From Vicugna vicugna (lineage: Eukaryota), in the NCBI GenBank assembly GCA_013265495.1, contig MU057560.1:2728909-2792908 (forward strand): a stretch of 64,000 bases of DNA, read 5' to 3'. This document shows positions 11,880 through 23,382 of the stretch, in pieces. The notes under the pieces were generated by a model. That model saw nothing but the letters and a program-made list of their open reading frames with translations. It was not told the origin of the DNA and did not search any database. Position numbers and translations under genes: made by a program. Position 1 is the stretch's first letter, and each line of letters opens with the position of its first letter.

Positions 11880-12130
11880 TTTTCCAATAGTTTTATTTTT
11901 ATTTTTGTATTTTTGCCATTATTCTTTTTTTTACGTTTTTTTTACTGAGTTTAGTCATTTTACAACGTTGTGTCAAATCCCAGTGCAGAGCACGATTTTT
12001 CAGCCACACGTGAACATGTGCACGTTCATTGTTGCACATTCTCGCTGTGAGCCATCACCAGAGCCTGTATACATTTCCCTGGCTGTACAGTGCGGTCTTG
12101 TTTATCTGCTCCAAACGTGCCTGTCAGCAT
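11880..12130 (-). mobile_element. L1 3' end of the young family, GC-shifted copy
   Basis: Aligns by eye with 47941-48134 over ~190 bp; T-rich tail at 11880-11943. Confidence 0.8.
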
Positions 12131-12239
12131 GAACGTCCTTTAACAGAGAGGCCACCTGCAAACGGCCTGCAGGGGGCCGTTAGTCTGCAGGGCGTGGAGG
12201 GGCTGGTGCTGGGCTTGCTCCGCGCTCCCAGTCTTACTT

Positions 12240-12430
12240 TCATTACTGACGTGTAGCTAATTTGCAATGTTTTGGGTGTACAGCAAAGTGATTTAGTTAT
12301 ATACATACATGTTCTTTTTCAGATTCTTTTCCCTCATAGGTTATACAAGATACTGAATGTAGTTCCCTGTGCTCTGCAGTAGGGCCTTGTGTTTATCTGT
12401 TTAATATACAATAATATGCCTCTATTCTAA
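12240..12430 (-). mobile_element. Cetartiodactyl-type L1 3' end
   Basis: 'ggtgtacagcaaagtgatttagttatatacat...ttcagattcttttccctcataggttatacaagatactgaatgtagttccctgtgct' is the reverse complement of the element at 45960-46100. Confidence 0.8.
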
Positions 12431-14044
12431 TACTTTCATTCATTATCGCTTTCGCTTGTCTTGATCCAGAAAGGGGCTGACTCAGGTCTGGCTTTCAGAG
12501 GTGACACAGGTGGAGGCAGGACGCCCAAGGCCATCTCTCACCCGCAGCTGCCTCACTGGGAGGGAAGGGAAGGGAAGGGAAGGCCACATCCACCACGCGC
12601 ACTGCGGGCATGGGGGGCGCAGGGAACGCCCCCTCGCGGGCTGACAGAGGACAGAGAGGACGCCCACTCTTTGTATGCAGCGAGAGCTACGTCTTCTAGA
12701 TTCTATCTCTCATTACGGTACTTTTTCTTTCAAGTCTGTTTTATAATAATTTCCAGTACCGTTTTTGAAGTGTCAATTGTAGGAATTATTTTGTGGGAAA
12801 AAAACTAAAGTTTTACATTCTCTTGCCATTACATCAGATTAGGACCTCGTCATGACCAACTGAAAGTTACACTTTGAAGTATCAGCAGGTATTGTGGAAT
12901 TAAAGATCCCTCCTCTCAGGGCAGGAGAACAGCTATGAAAGCTGGGTGTGTACGTCTGGGCAAGACTCACCTCACACCCCCCCCCAAACGTCTTCATGAA
13001 CCAAGAAGGGATCAGCTCTCTACTCTTTCCTTACAAACATCTGTTTAAAAACACTCAACCCTACAGATGTTCATGAATCCACAACTTGAGAAAAATGTAG
13101 GAGACAGAAACGTATTTCTAGAAAGACACTGAGCTCTTCCTCATTGAGCTTGGAGGCTCCAAAGTGTATTATGATCCTGTGTGTCCTATATATTGAATAC
13201 AAAATATTCTATTAAAACAGATGTATAACTTTAAATATTATATAAAAATATAAAAGTACATGTTCTATACATACATGCATGCACGTGTATTTCATGGCTC
13301 CGAGGTGCAATAGCCCCTAAAGCACAGCAGGAAGGAAACGTGCGTCTGTCCGTGAACGCTGGAACAAGCACGTGCAATTAACAAGACAGCGCGTATGTCG
13401 GTTGGTTGACTACAGACAAGGTTGGAAGCCCCAGGGTTTCTGCCTCGCTTACTTCTCTGCGGGGGAGGGGCTGTGTGTGTGCTCCTCGGTGCTTCCTGCT
13501 GCAGCCCTGGCTTGTAAGGCAGCATCCACAAGAACCACTGTGTATTCTACAAAAGGATTCTAATGCTTTCACCCAGGAAGTGTGTCTTTAAATCGGCACT
13601 CTTTTGGAAGTTCGAAGCTTTTTTCTCTAAACTCTCTTCTTTGACGCAAATCTCTCTAAGCTGTTCCCGTTTCAAGGTGTGTCTGTTTTGCTCAGACACA
13701 GTCTCATTGCAGCTCGGCTAACAGAGGAGGACAGGCCATAGGCTGCACTTGCAGAGACAGAGCTCCGGTACTGCAGACAAGGAGCCCGGTGTCTGCCTCT
13801 GTGGGGGGAATCTGGTCCTTGCATTCTCTCTCGCTCTCATGTTATTCAGTAGCAGTATTTTGTGCCCTTTCCTATGACTTTTTTCTCAGTGGCTGTGGAT
13901 GGACACGGTGGCTATGGGACAGGCTGGTCCCTAAACAGGGACCTCAGACACATCCTGCCCCTGTCGTAAGCCCTTAACAGTCTCTCTCTCCACCCAAATC
14001 AGATTTCTGGTGCCAGTCCTTATGACAATATTGAACCTAAATTT

Positions 14045-14339
14045 TTTGTTTTGCATTTTAACAAATATATAAATATGTATTTATTCATTGAATAGAAACA
14101 TTTTCTTAGTTATTTGGATGTAAATAATGTTTATACATTTTATTAACTATAAACTTTAAGTGATAAATGTTCTAACCACTCAGGTAAATGCTGTGTATAT
14201 GCAAGACATTTGAATTTTTGACAGAGACATCTTTTACATAAACATATACAAATAACATCAGAATCACTCTAAAGATGTTGATATTAATCCGGACATTCTT
14301 AAAATTCTGAGTGGGGATGAATATGTCATAAACTAGTCA
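14045..14339 (-). pseudogene. 5'-truncated retrocopy of a non-TE polyadenylated 3' end (mRNA 3'UTR fragment or orphan L1 transduction)
   Basis: Perfect 15-bp direct repeat attgaacctaaattt at 14030-14044 and 14340-14354; T-tract beside the left repeat; minus-strand AATAAA at 14080-14085; AT-rich island in a GC-rich context. Confidence 0.6.
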
Positions 14340-15519
14340 ATTGAACCTAAATTTATTAAGCTAGAAAAAGTCAGCAGGCTCACACTGATAATTCACCATC
14401 AAGGAAGTCTAAGAGATTCACACACCCAACCTGTGACAGTCTGTCCTCCTTGGGGGATTATGACTTAGTCCCCAGTCCTTCAGGAAATGTCTGACGTGTC
14501 TCTACTGTTGCTTGAAAAAGAAAAAACCCTCAGAGCTTTAATGAACATCTCTGGAAAGAAGCACAGTTTAGCAGAAGAAAAGTGAGGGTGGGAGGTGTTT
14601 ACCAAAAACACGTATTCTAAGGCACACACTTCCATGGCTGGCTCTGCTAACAGGTGTCTATCCAGTCACTCTCTTTTTATCATGTCTGTTCTCTTCTTCA
14701 AATTCCTTCCTCTCCTCCCTCTCAACACTGTCCTTGTTGAGGTCATCATGGCCGACTGGCGCTGTCCTTGGTACTGGAGATAACCTGCACTTCCATTTTC
14801 TCTTTTCTGTGCCCCCCTCTCACCACTGGCCCACTGACAGGCACTGTCCCCTGCCCTGTGTCCCTTCATGTCGGGGCTGGCCTTGAGTGGGACAATCAGA
14901 TCACATTCTGCAAGGGAGTGACGGCTGGAGGCAAAGTGTCTTTTGCACAAATTATGGAGAAATCCCACTTTGCAATTCTAAGTCTTTCTCCTAGTGCTGT
15001 ACCCAGGTCCTGTGCTAAACTGCGTATGGGATTAGCTGCTGACTACATAAAGAACTTCTGCCCAGAGTTTTCTCTAGTACCCTGGGAATGAGAAGACACC
15101 AAGCACCGTGGCTCACCAAGCCAAACCGTAAGACGGTTTCCACTGCCCTCAACCTCTGCATTTACCAGCCACTCTTCCCAATGAGACAGCATCCTCCTCA
15201 CTCAGACTCCCCTCTTTCCATTAAGACAGGAGATGTCACTTCCCCTTTACCAAATGTATCCACTCGTGCAGATGTTGTCTCTCAGGTAGTCAAGTTTGTA
15301 TGCTCTTTGTTTCACATGGTGGAATGAAAGACCCTGCCTCTTGATCTCCAGATTCACCTGAGCTCTTACAGACGATGAACATTAGAGACGCGGGGACCCC
15401 ATCACTCTGTGCTCATGCCGAGCCCCGCACCACATGTCTCAGGTCCTCAGAAGGACAGGAGGGACAGACTCTGCAGATAAAGTCGAGTGCACTGGCTTTT
15501 TCCTCTGCTTGAACAACTC

Positions 15520-18500
15520 TTCTTGTTGTTTTAACAGATCAATTAAGTTACAATTGATGTAACGTAAACTCCCTACGTTTAAAGTATGTAATTTTAAAAC
15601 TTGTGTCGTATGTGCACCCCTGTCCAGCACCACGGTCAGGATGGTGACCGCAGCACCACCCCAGTTTCCTCAACTTCTCCAGAGCCCCCTCAGTGTCCTC
15701 CTGTCCCCATCCCCAGGGATCCCCTGAACTGCTTTCTGTCACCAGAGATGAGCTTGCATTTCCTAGGGTTTTGTGTACATTGTATCATACAGCAAGTGCT
15801 TTCTTGTAAGTTCTTCCCTGAACAGTGGAGTTTTGAGATTCATCCGTGTTGTTGTGCATTTCAACAGTGTATCAATAGTGCACTGACTTTTACTGCCACG
15901 TAGTATTCCATGGCATGGATGTTACACAATCTTTTTATCAAATCACCTTTTAATGAGTATTTGGGTCATTTCCAATTTTTGACAGTTTCAAATTAAGCTG
16001 CCATAAAACATGATGTAAAATCTGTGTGTGGAGAAAGCTCTCACTCCTCTTGGGTAAATACCTGGCAGGGGACGACTGGGTTGTGCCGTCGGTGTAAGTT
16101 AACAATCTGAACGCTGTTTTCCAAAGTGTATCATTCCACATTCCCATCAGCGGTGTAAGCGCACTCTGATTCCTCCACATCTTCTCCAAGACTTTGCATG
16201 GTCAGCCTTTTTATTATTAGCCTTCTAACTCGCGTGTAGGGCATCACATCAGGGTTCTAATTTACATTTCCCTAACGTCTAGTGACGTTGAAGATCTTTT
16301 CATGTTCTCATTTGCTGTACGTGCCTTCTTTGGGGAAGACTTGGCTCAAATCATTTGCCCATTTTTTTGAAAATAGCTGGGGTATGTGCTAGTTATTACT
16401 GAGTTAAGAGCCACTTGTGTGTTCTAGATACACATCTTTTGTTTTCTCTTGAATACTTCCTTGCAGATTGTGGTTTATCTTTTCAATCTCACAAGTGTGC
16501 CTTTTGAAAAACCAAACCTTCTTAATTTTAGTGAAGTTCGAATTGATAATGTATTTTTAATAAATTGTGTGTTTTATGTTGTATCTAAAAAATATCTGCT
16601 GACTAGTCATTAAGATCTTTGGTGTTTTCTTCTAGAATTTTTGGTGTTTCATTTTTTGCTATTGGTTTATAATCTGTTTTAATTTCAATATGGTGGGAGA
16701 TATGGATCAAAGTTTACTTATTTTACTTTTATTATGGATTTCCAATTGTTCCAGCCCTGTTTGTTGAAAAGAGTATCCTTTCTCCATTAACTGCCTTTTC
16801 ACCTGAGTCAAAAATCAGTTGCCATGTATGCGTGGGTCTGTTTATGCCCTCTGAGTTCTGTTCTGCTGGTCAGCACGGGTGTCTTTATGTCAGTACGGTG
16901 CTGCGTTGATTTCTGTAGCTGTATAGTAAATACTGAAATCAGGCGTGTTAGTTATTTGACTCTGTTCTTCTGCAAATTTGCTTTGGCCAACCTGGTCCTT
17001 TCCTTTCCCACGTGAACTTGAGAGTTGGCTTGCCAGTTTCTTTAGCAAATGGTGGGGAGGCTTTTGACTGAGGCTGCCCTGAAACCGTAACTGGAACAAT
17101 TGGGAAGACCTGCCGTGTTAAAATACTGGATCTTCTGAACCACAGCATGGTATGTGTCTCCGTGTCCAGGTCCTCTTTAATTGCTCTAGAAGAGGTTGAA
17201 AAAATTTTTCAGTGTATGGATCCTGCAGAAAACTGTCTATTTTCTACTTATGCAGTCAATATTTTTGATGCCGTGATAGTTTTATCTTTAATTTCAGTTT
17301 CTGAATGTTTATTGCTAGTGTAGAGAATTAAAATGGACTTTGAATGTTGAAATTATATCCTGAAGGATAATTTACTTATTTGTCCCAGTATCTTTTTTGT
17401 GGATTCCGTCATATTTTCTACATGTACCACAATGGCATCTACACATACAGTTTTCCTTTTTCTTTGTCAGTTCAGCTCAAATGTCTAGTATAATGTTGAT
17501 TAGAAGTGGTAATGGAAGCCATCCTGTCTTGTTCATAATCTTAGGGATAAATTAAGCTACGGATTTTATGTAGCTGCACTTTATCGAGTTGAAGAAGTCC
17601 CATTTTATTCCTGATTTGCTGAGTGTTTAAATCAGAAATGCATGTTGGATATTTCCACATGATTTTTCTGCATTTGTTGAGATGATAACATGCATTTTTT
17701 TTCTTTCTTGGTTCATGTGTGGTGAACTACTTTGGTTGCCTTTTAAATGTTGAACTAATTTTAATCAAATTCCTCTTGGTCATGGCATACGGTACCTTAT
17801 TCACATGGATTTCCTTTGTAATTTTTTTTTTTAGAATTTTTGCATCTATTTGTGATGCTCTGTATTTCTCTTAACTTGTAATATTTTATCTGTTTTTTTT
17901 TATGTGAGAAATGCTGAATCATAGAATGAGTTGGGAGGTATTCCCTTCTCTTAAAATTCCTGGGAAAATTTGTAAATAATTGGTACTATTTCTTTCTTAA
18001 ATGTCGGGTACAAGTCACCAGTGAAGCCGTCTGGACCTGAGCTTTCTTTGTGGGTGGACTCTTAGCACCTTTCCTTCTAGATACAGGCTGTCCGAGACAT
18101 CCACCTCGTTGAATGAGCTTGGCAGTGCGTGTCTTTCAAGGAGATGCTTCCATTCCATCTAAGTTGCTGAATTTATTGGCCAAGGTTGTCCGCATGCTCC
18201 TTTATTATACTTCACTGTATGTGTACTCGGTATTGATCTTCCCTCCCTTTATCCATTTAATTATCTCCCCACCCCCAGTCCCTCTCTCCGTCTCTCCTCT
18301 TCCCAACCCCTCCCCCCCACGACAAGCCTGATTGGAGATTCATCCATTTTATTGATCTCTCTAAGGACAAGCTTTTGATTTCATTGATTATTCTCCATTT
18401 ATTTCCTCTTCTGTATTTCACTGATTTCTGCTCTCATCTTCATACTTTCTTTTCTTCCACTGACTTTGCGTTTATTTAGTTGGCTCCTCTTTTTCTTGTT

Positions 18501-21385
18501 GCTTAACGTGGAAGCTGAAGTCTTTTCGCCTGTACTCTCTTCTGGCATAAGCTCTTAGAGTGCCTGGTCCCCGCTAAGCACTGCTCCGGTGGCGATGCGC
18601 ACCCTGATGTGGGGGGATGGTTTTTTCATTTTTCATTCAGTTCAAAGTGTTTTCAGCTTTTTAATTTCTTCTTTGACCCATTGGTTATTTAAGTTCCAAA
18701 TATTTGGAGATTTCACAAAGAAACTTTCTATTACTGACTTCTCTTTAATTCCACTGTGGTCAGAGAATATGCTTACATAAGCTGAATCTTTTTAACATTT
18801 TTTGAGACTTGTTTTATGCCCCAGAGCTTGATTTACCTCGTCAGTGGTCAGTGTGCATTTGAAAGAAAATTTACTCTTCTGTTGTTGGATGGAGTGTTCT
18901 GTAAATGTCAGTCATGTCTGGTTGGTGATGGTGCTGTTCAAAACGACGCCCTTACTGATTTCCTGTCTCCTTGTTCCGCCAGTCACTGAGCAACGAGGTT
19001 GAGATGGCAGTGGGTTTGTCTGTGCAGCAGTGGAGTTCTTCCAGTCCCTGCTTCACGCAGTTCATAGCTCGGTTCCTGGGTGCGTTCGTGTTTGAGAGTG
19101 TTTTCTCGTTACTCGCGTGCTGTGACGAAGTGGTCCTCTTCAGCCCTGGTAACGACAGGTGCTTTGCCTGCTTTCTTCTCACTGGTGTTAACACCTGTGT
19201 CATTTTCATCCTTCTATTTTAAACTGTTTTTTCTTTATACATAAATTGTGTTTCCATAGATAGAATATAGTTGGGTCTTTTATAGACTCTAATTCAGCAG
19301 CTTCTTTTCAGTTTGCTCTTTAGACTGTTTAGGCTTAACGTGGTTACTACTGCGGTCAGATCTAAGCCCACCGTCTTGCTCTATGTTTTCATTTATCCCG
19401 TCTGTCTTTTGTTCTGTTTGTCCTAGTTTTTGCCTTGCTTGGACTGAGCTTTTGTATGTAACTCCATTCACTTCCTTTTGGCTTCTTAACTGTTGTATTC
19501 GTTGTGGCTTTGGGTTTATAAAATACATTATTTTACCGTTTACAATTTGCCATCAAATGACACCATCCCACCTTCATACAGCACAGGAGTCTTAGCGTGT
19601 ATTCTCCCACGCCTTCACATGTGACCTTGGTGCCATCGCCATAAAGTTTAGTTTTGCCCGTGTTATAAATGGCACACTACATTATTATTTTGTCTAAACT
19701 GTCATTTATTTTTCAAGAGCTTTGCATAATGGGAAAACTATGTATATATACACACACACACAAATATACGTAGAAAACCTGCCATTTCTGACGTTCTTTG
19801 TCACTTTGTGAGGATCCATGGTTGGTATGGCTTGAATAATTTCTTTAATATTCCAGCAGGTCCAGTCTGCTGATGATAAATATTATTTCAGCTTTTACAT
19901 GTCTGAACAAGTCTTTATTTTTGAAAGGTACTTTCCCTGGGTAACGAACTGTCGGTTCCAGGTTTATTTTTCCTTTAAGGACTTGGCGATGGTGATCTCT
20001 TGTCTTCTTGCATGTGTTTTTCTGATGCTAAATGTGGTCTTCCTTATCTTTCTTACTTATAGCATGTGTTTTTTCCCATTGTCTGCTTTTACCATTTCCC
20101 GTTTACCCCTGGTGTGAGCAGTCTGATTAGTATCTGCTGGTATTCTCTCCATGGTTCTCATCCTTGGGTTTTGTTGAGTCATTTTGGATCTGTGGGTTTG
20201 AAGTTGTCATCACATCTGGACAATGTTAAGTCATCAGCTTCATAGTTTTTGGCCCCCTGTCTCTCTCCTTTCCCTTAGTTACTCAGTTGCATGTGTATTA
20301 AGCCACCAGAGGTGTTCATGTTTTTAAACTCTTTTTTCCCTGTGTGTTTCATTTTGGATAGTTTCCATTGCTAAGTCTTCAAATCTACTAACCTTTCATT
20401 CTTCAAGACCCAGTCTGTCATCTGTCCCATCCTGTGCATTCTTCATCTCTGACATGGTAGCTGGCACTTGAGAAGGAGGACTCGGGGTTTTGTAATCCCC
20501 TGCCTCCACTTCCCCCTTTGAGTGTGGGCTAAGCTGTAACTGCTGTTTCTCACCCCTGTCTGGTAGCTCTGACGCCTGTGTTGGCTCGGCAGCAGTTTGA
20601 CTTGCCTGATTCTTCTCGTCACTGTGAGTTCATTGTCCTACTTCCTTCCATGCTTGGTGACTTTTAACAGGACCCCAGATGTTGTGAATTTTGCCTTTTT
20701 GAGTGCTGGGTACATTTTCATTGCTAGAAGTATTTTGGAGCTTTGGTCTTGGAAGCAGTGAAGTTGCCGACTGATCCGCCGCAGTCTAGCTTTTGAAGTT
20801 TGTCGGGCAGCGTCTAGAAGCTGTTGGTCTCCTTGCTGTTGCGTTGGCGTTTTTCTGAGTACTCAACCCAGTGCCTGTGAGTTACGAGTCTGACACCGGG
20901 CTGATGGGGCCGGCGTCATCCCTGCCCTACGTGGGTGCTGCCTCCGGCTCTGCAGGTGTTTTCAAGGGGTGCCTCCCCGGCCTTAGGGAGCTTCCGCTGT
21001 GCTGACTGTCACCCTAGTGGGCACTCCTGGCGACCCTCGGCAGACCTCCAGGGCTCGCTCTGTGTGGGGCTCTCCTCTCTCCAGTGTCCCGACCGCTCTG
21101 ACCTTTCTGGTGCCCTGGACTCTCAGCCCTGTCTCCTCAACTCTGGGGTCCGCTGGGATCTTCGTGGGTCCCTCCTCCTGCTCCCCATCCTGGAAGCTCT
21201 CTCAAAGCAGACAGTCAGTCTGTGTCTTGCTCCCATCTCTCAGGGATCACTTCCTTCACTGCCGATGTCTAGTGTCTTGGACCGTTGTTTCATGGGATTT
21301 GTCTGTTTCTTTGCTCTTGGTTGTTCCTGGTTGTGCGAGAAGGCCAGTTGGGTCACTGTTACTCCACTGGAAGCAGGAGCCCCAC
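15520..21385 (-). mobile_element. Large, old, decayed L1 (L1MC/MD/ME-type) spanning 3'UTR, ORF2 and 5' region
   Basis: Minus-strand ORF remnants resemble L1 ORF2: 15950..16189 (C-terminus, '...TLWKTAFRLL'), 16890..17099 ('PDFSIYYTATEIN' ~ PDFKLYYKATVIK), 18952..19209 ('NAPRNRAMNCVKQGLEEL' ~ endonuclease domain). Ends with L1M-type 5' sequence 'ctgttactccactggaagcagga'. Confidence 0.85.
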
Positions 21386-23360
21386 TTTAATTCATCTGTT
21401 TCAGTTCTTCCATCCCAAAGTCTCCAGCTGGTGAGAGTACAAAGCCCACTCTCCTGCTGTTCCCCACTCCCCTTTGCCATATGTGTTTCCCTTTATTCCT
21501 TCGCGAAAATGGGATGATCAGCCGACTGTGACTCTTGGAGCAGGGAGACAGTGGACACCTGCCCGGGGACCTCTGCTTCCCCGGGCAGTCCAGCCAGGGC
21601 CCCCAGAGAGTGCAGATAACGTCCTCAAGGTCTAGGATGGAGGGTGTGGAACTCGAGCTTTGGAAGAAGAAAGGGACATTGGCCCTTTGGTGGAAAATTT
21701 CAAATTCTTTGTGTTTTAAACTTTGTTGACCTGAAAAAAAAGTTTGTTGACCTGTGTATGACAGTGACTACAACCAGAGAATACAGTACATGATACTAGA
21801 GGAATGTTAACTGTTAAGACTAATCATAGATGATGGGGAAGTTAGAAAGCGAGGAGGGAAAAGATGCATATCTGACTTACCCAACAATGATATTACTAAT
21901 TAATGCTAATTCCATCCATGCAACTGAATGGTTATCTTTGCTAAGCAACAGAGCAATTTTGGAAATTAAAATCAAAATATATGCATGTGTACTGTTTCAT
22001 ATACAGACACATAATTATGTAAACAAAATATGTTATTTTTACGTATATAATTTGCTACTTTAATTATTAATCATGATTTTTACTCATAACTTAAGAAACA
22101 GTGGGTCTCAGCTGGGCACTAGCTAATCCTCCTGAATTATAAACTGATCCTGGGTGATAGGTTAAGCCATCTTGAGGGAGTCTGAACCCTAGCGTGGGAA
22201 CCTAGGACTGGGGTTCAGAGAAATGCCCATGTCTCAGGATTCACGAGCTATTGGGATGTAGGAGAGATGTCTGAACTTGGCTGTATTAAGAGGAATGACT
22301 GCAGTAAGTTCCCCTAGATGGGCACAGCCCCTCACCTTTCCCAGACCGGACACGTCACGACGCCACCAGAGGTCAGCGCACCGTGCGCAGTGCTCCGCAG
22401 ACTCGGCGAGCAGCGCAGATCGCGGCCTTGGAGCCGGGAGCCTCACACTTCCGCCGGCCACCGGCATGTGTCCGTGGTGCGCTTTCGGAGGGTCTCAGTG
22501 AGCGGACCTGTGCCCTGTACTGCAGTGTCTTGTGATGGAATGGGACACTGACACGAAAGTCCCTTGTACCCCAAAGATGTCTGCTTGGTTTTATAGTCAG
22601 GTTCTTAAGGTTGTCAGCCTTAAAAAAGGTGAGCGAAGTTGTTCTTTTGTACAAGGACACATGCTCCAGATTTGAAGTTTACGGTACCAGGACAGTGGCT
22701 AAATAAGCACAGAATCCGCAGATGTTTGGGGGAAATCAGTGCGTCTGATTGTGCTTGAAAGTGAAGATGACATTCTAGCAGTTAGTGAGACTCCCTTAGA
22801 AGGAAGCCTGTCCTGTGAAGGGGGCATTTGAAAACGGAAGCTTAGGACCGTTGTCTTTGCCGTGTGATTTGTAAATTTTTGCTGGAAGTGATGCATGAAA
22901 TGAATTAAAAACTGAGATTTACCCACTTTGCAAACAAAAATGCTTAAGCGATTTTCTAAAAACTGACAAAATAAATGATTTCAGTGGGTTTTGAATCCAA
23001 TCATTTAAATATATATATTTCAGACCTTCTGATTGGTTTGCAGGAGCAACTCAAGGCATTTGGGACCAATGGAGACTTAGTAGCCCAGTTTCAGTAGGAA
23101 CCTCAGCATCCTGTAGAAATCACTGAAAAGCAAGCCTCTGGAGAGAGCTGGTCTTCTCTCATTTTACGTGAATTCTTCTTTGTGATGTAGCTTTTCAATT
23201 GTGACAGGTTTGAAAAGCAGGTATCAATATAAATTTAAAAAATAAGTCATATTTAAAGATAATTTCTCTCACTTTAAATATAATAAGCACTTTAAATTTA
23301 TTTTTCATTTTTATTGTTGTGTGTATTCCACAATTATTATATGTCAGTACATAATTATAT

Positions 23361-23382
23361 ACACACACACACACACACACAC
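23361..23382. repeat. (AC)11 microsatellite within an old L1 3' tip
   Basis: Directly visible dinucleotide run. Confidence 0.9.

Noticed and set aside
12166..12179. CTCF-like motif cctgcagggggccg (similar hits near 27590 and 32802)
   Set aside because: Isolated imperfect matches are expected by chance in GC-rich DNA.
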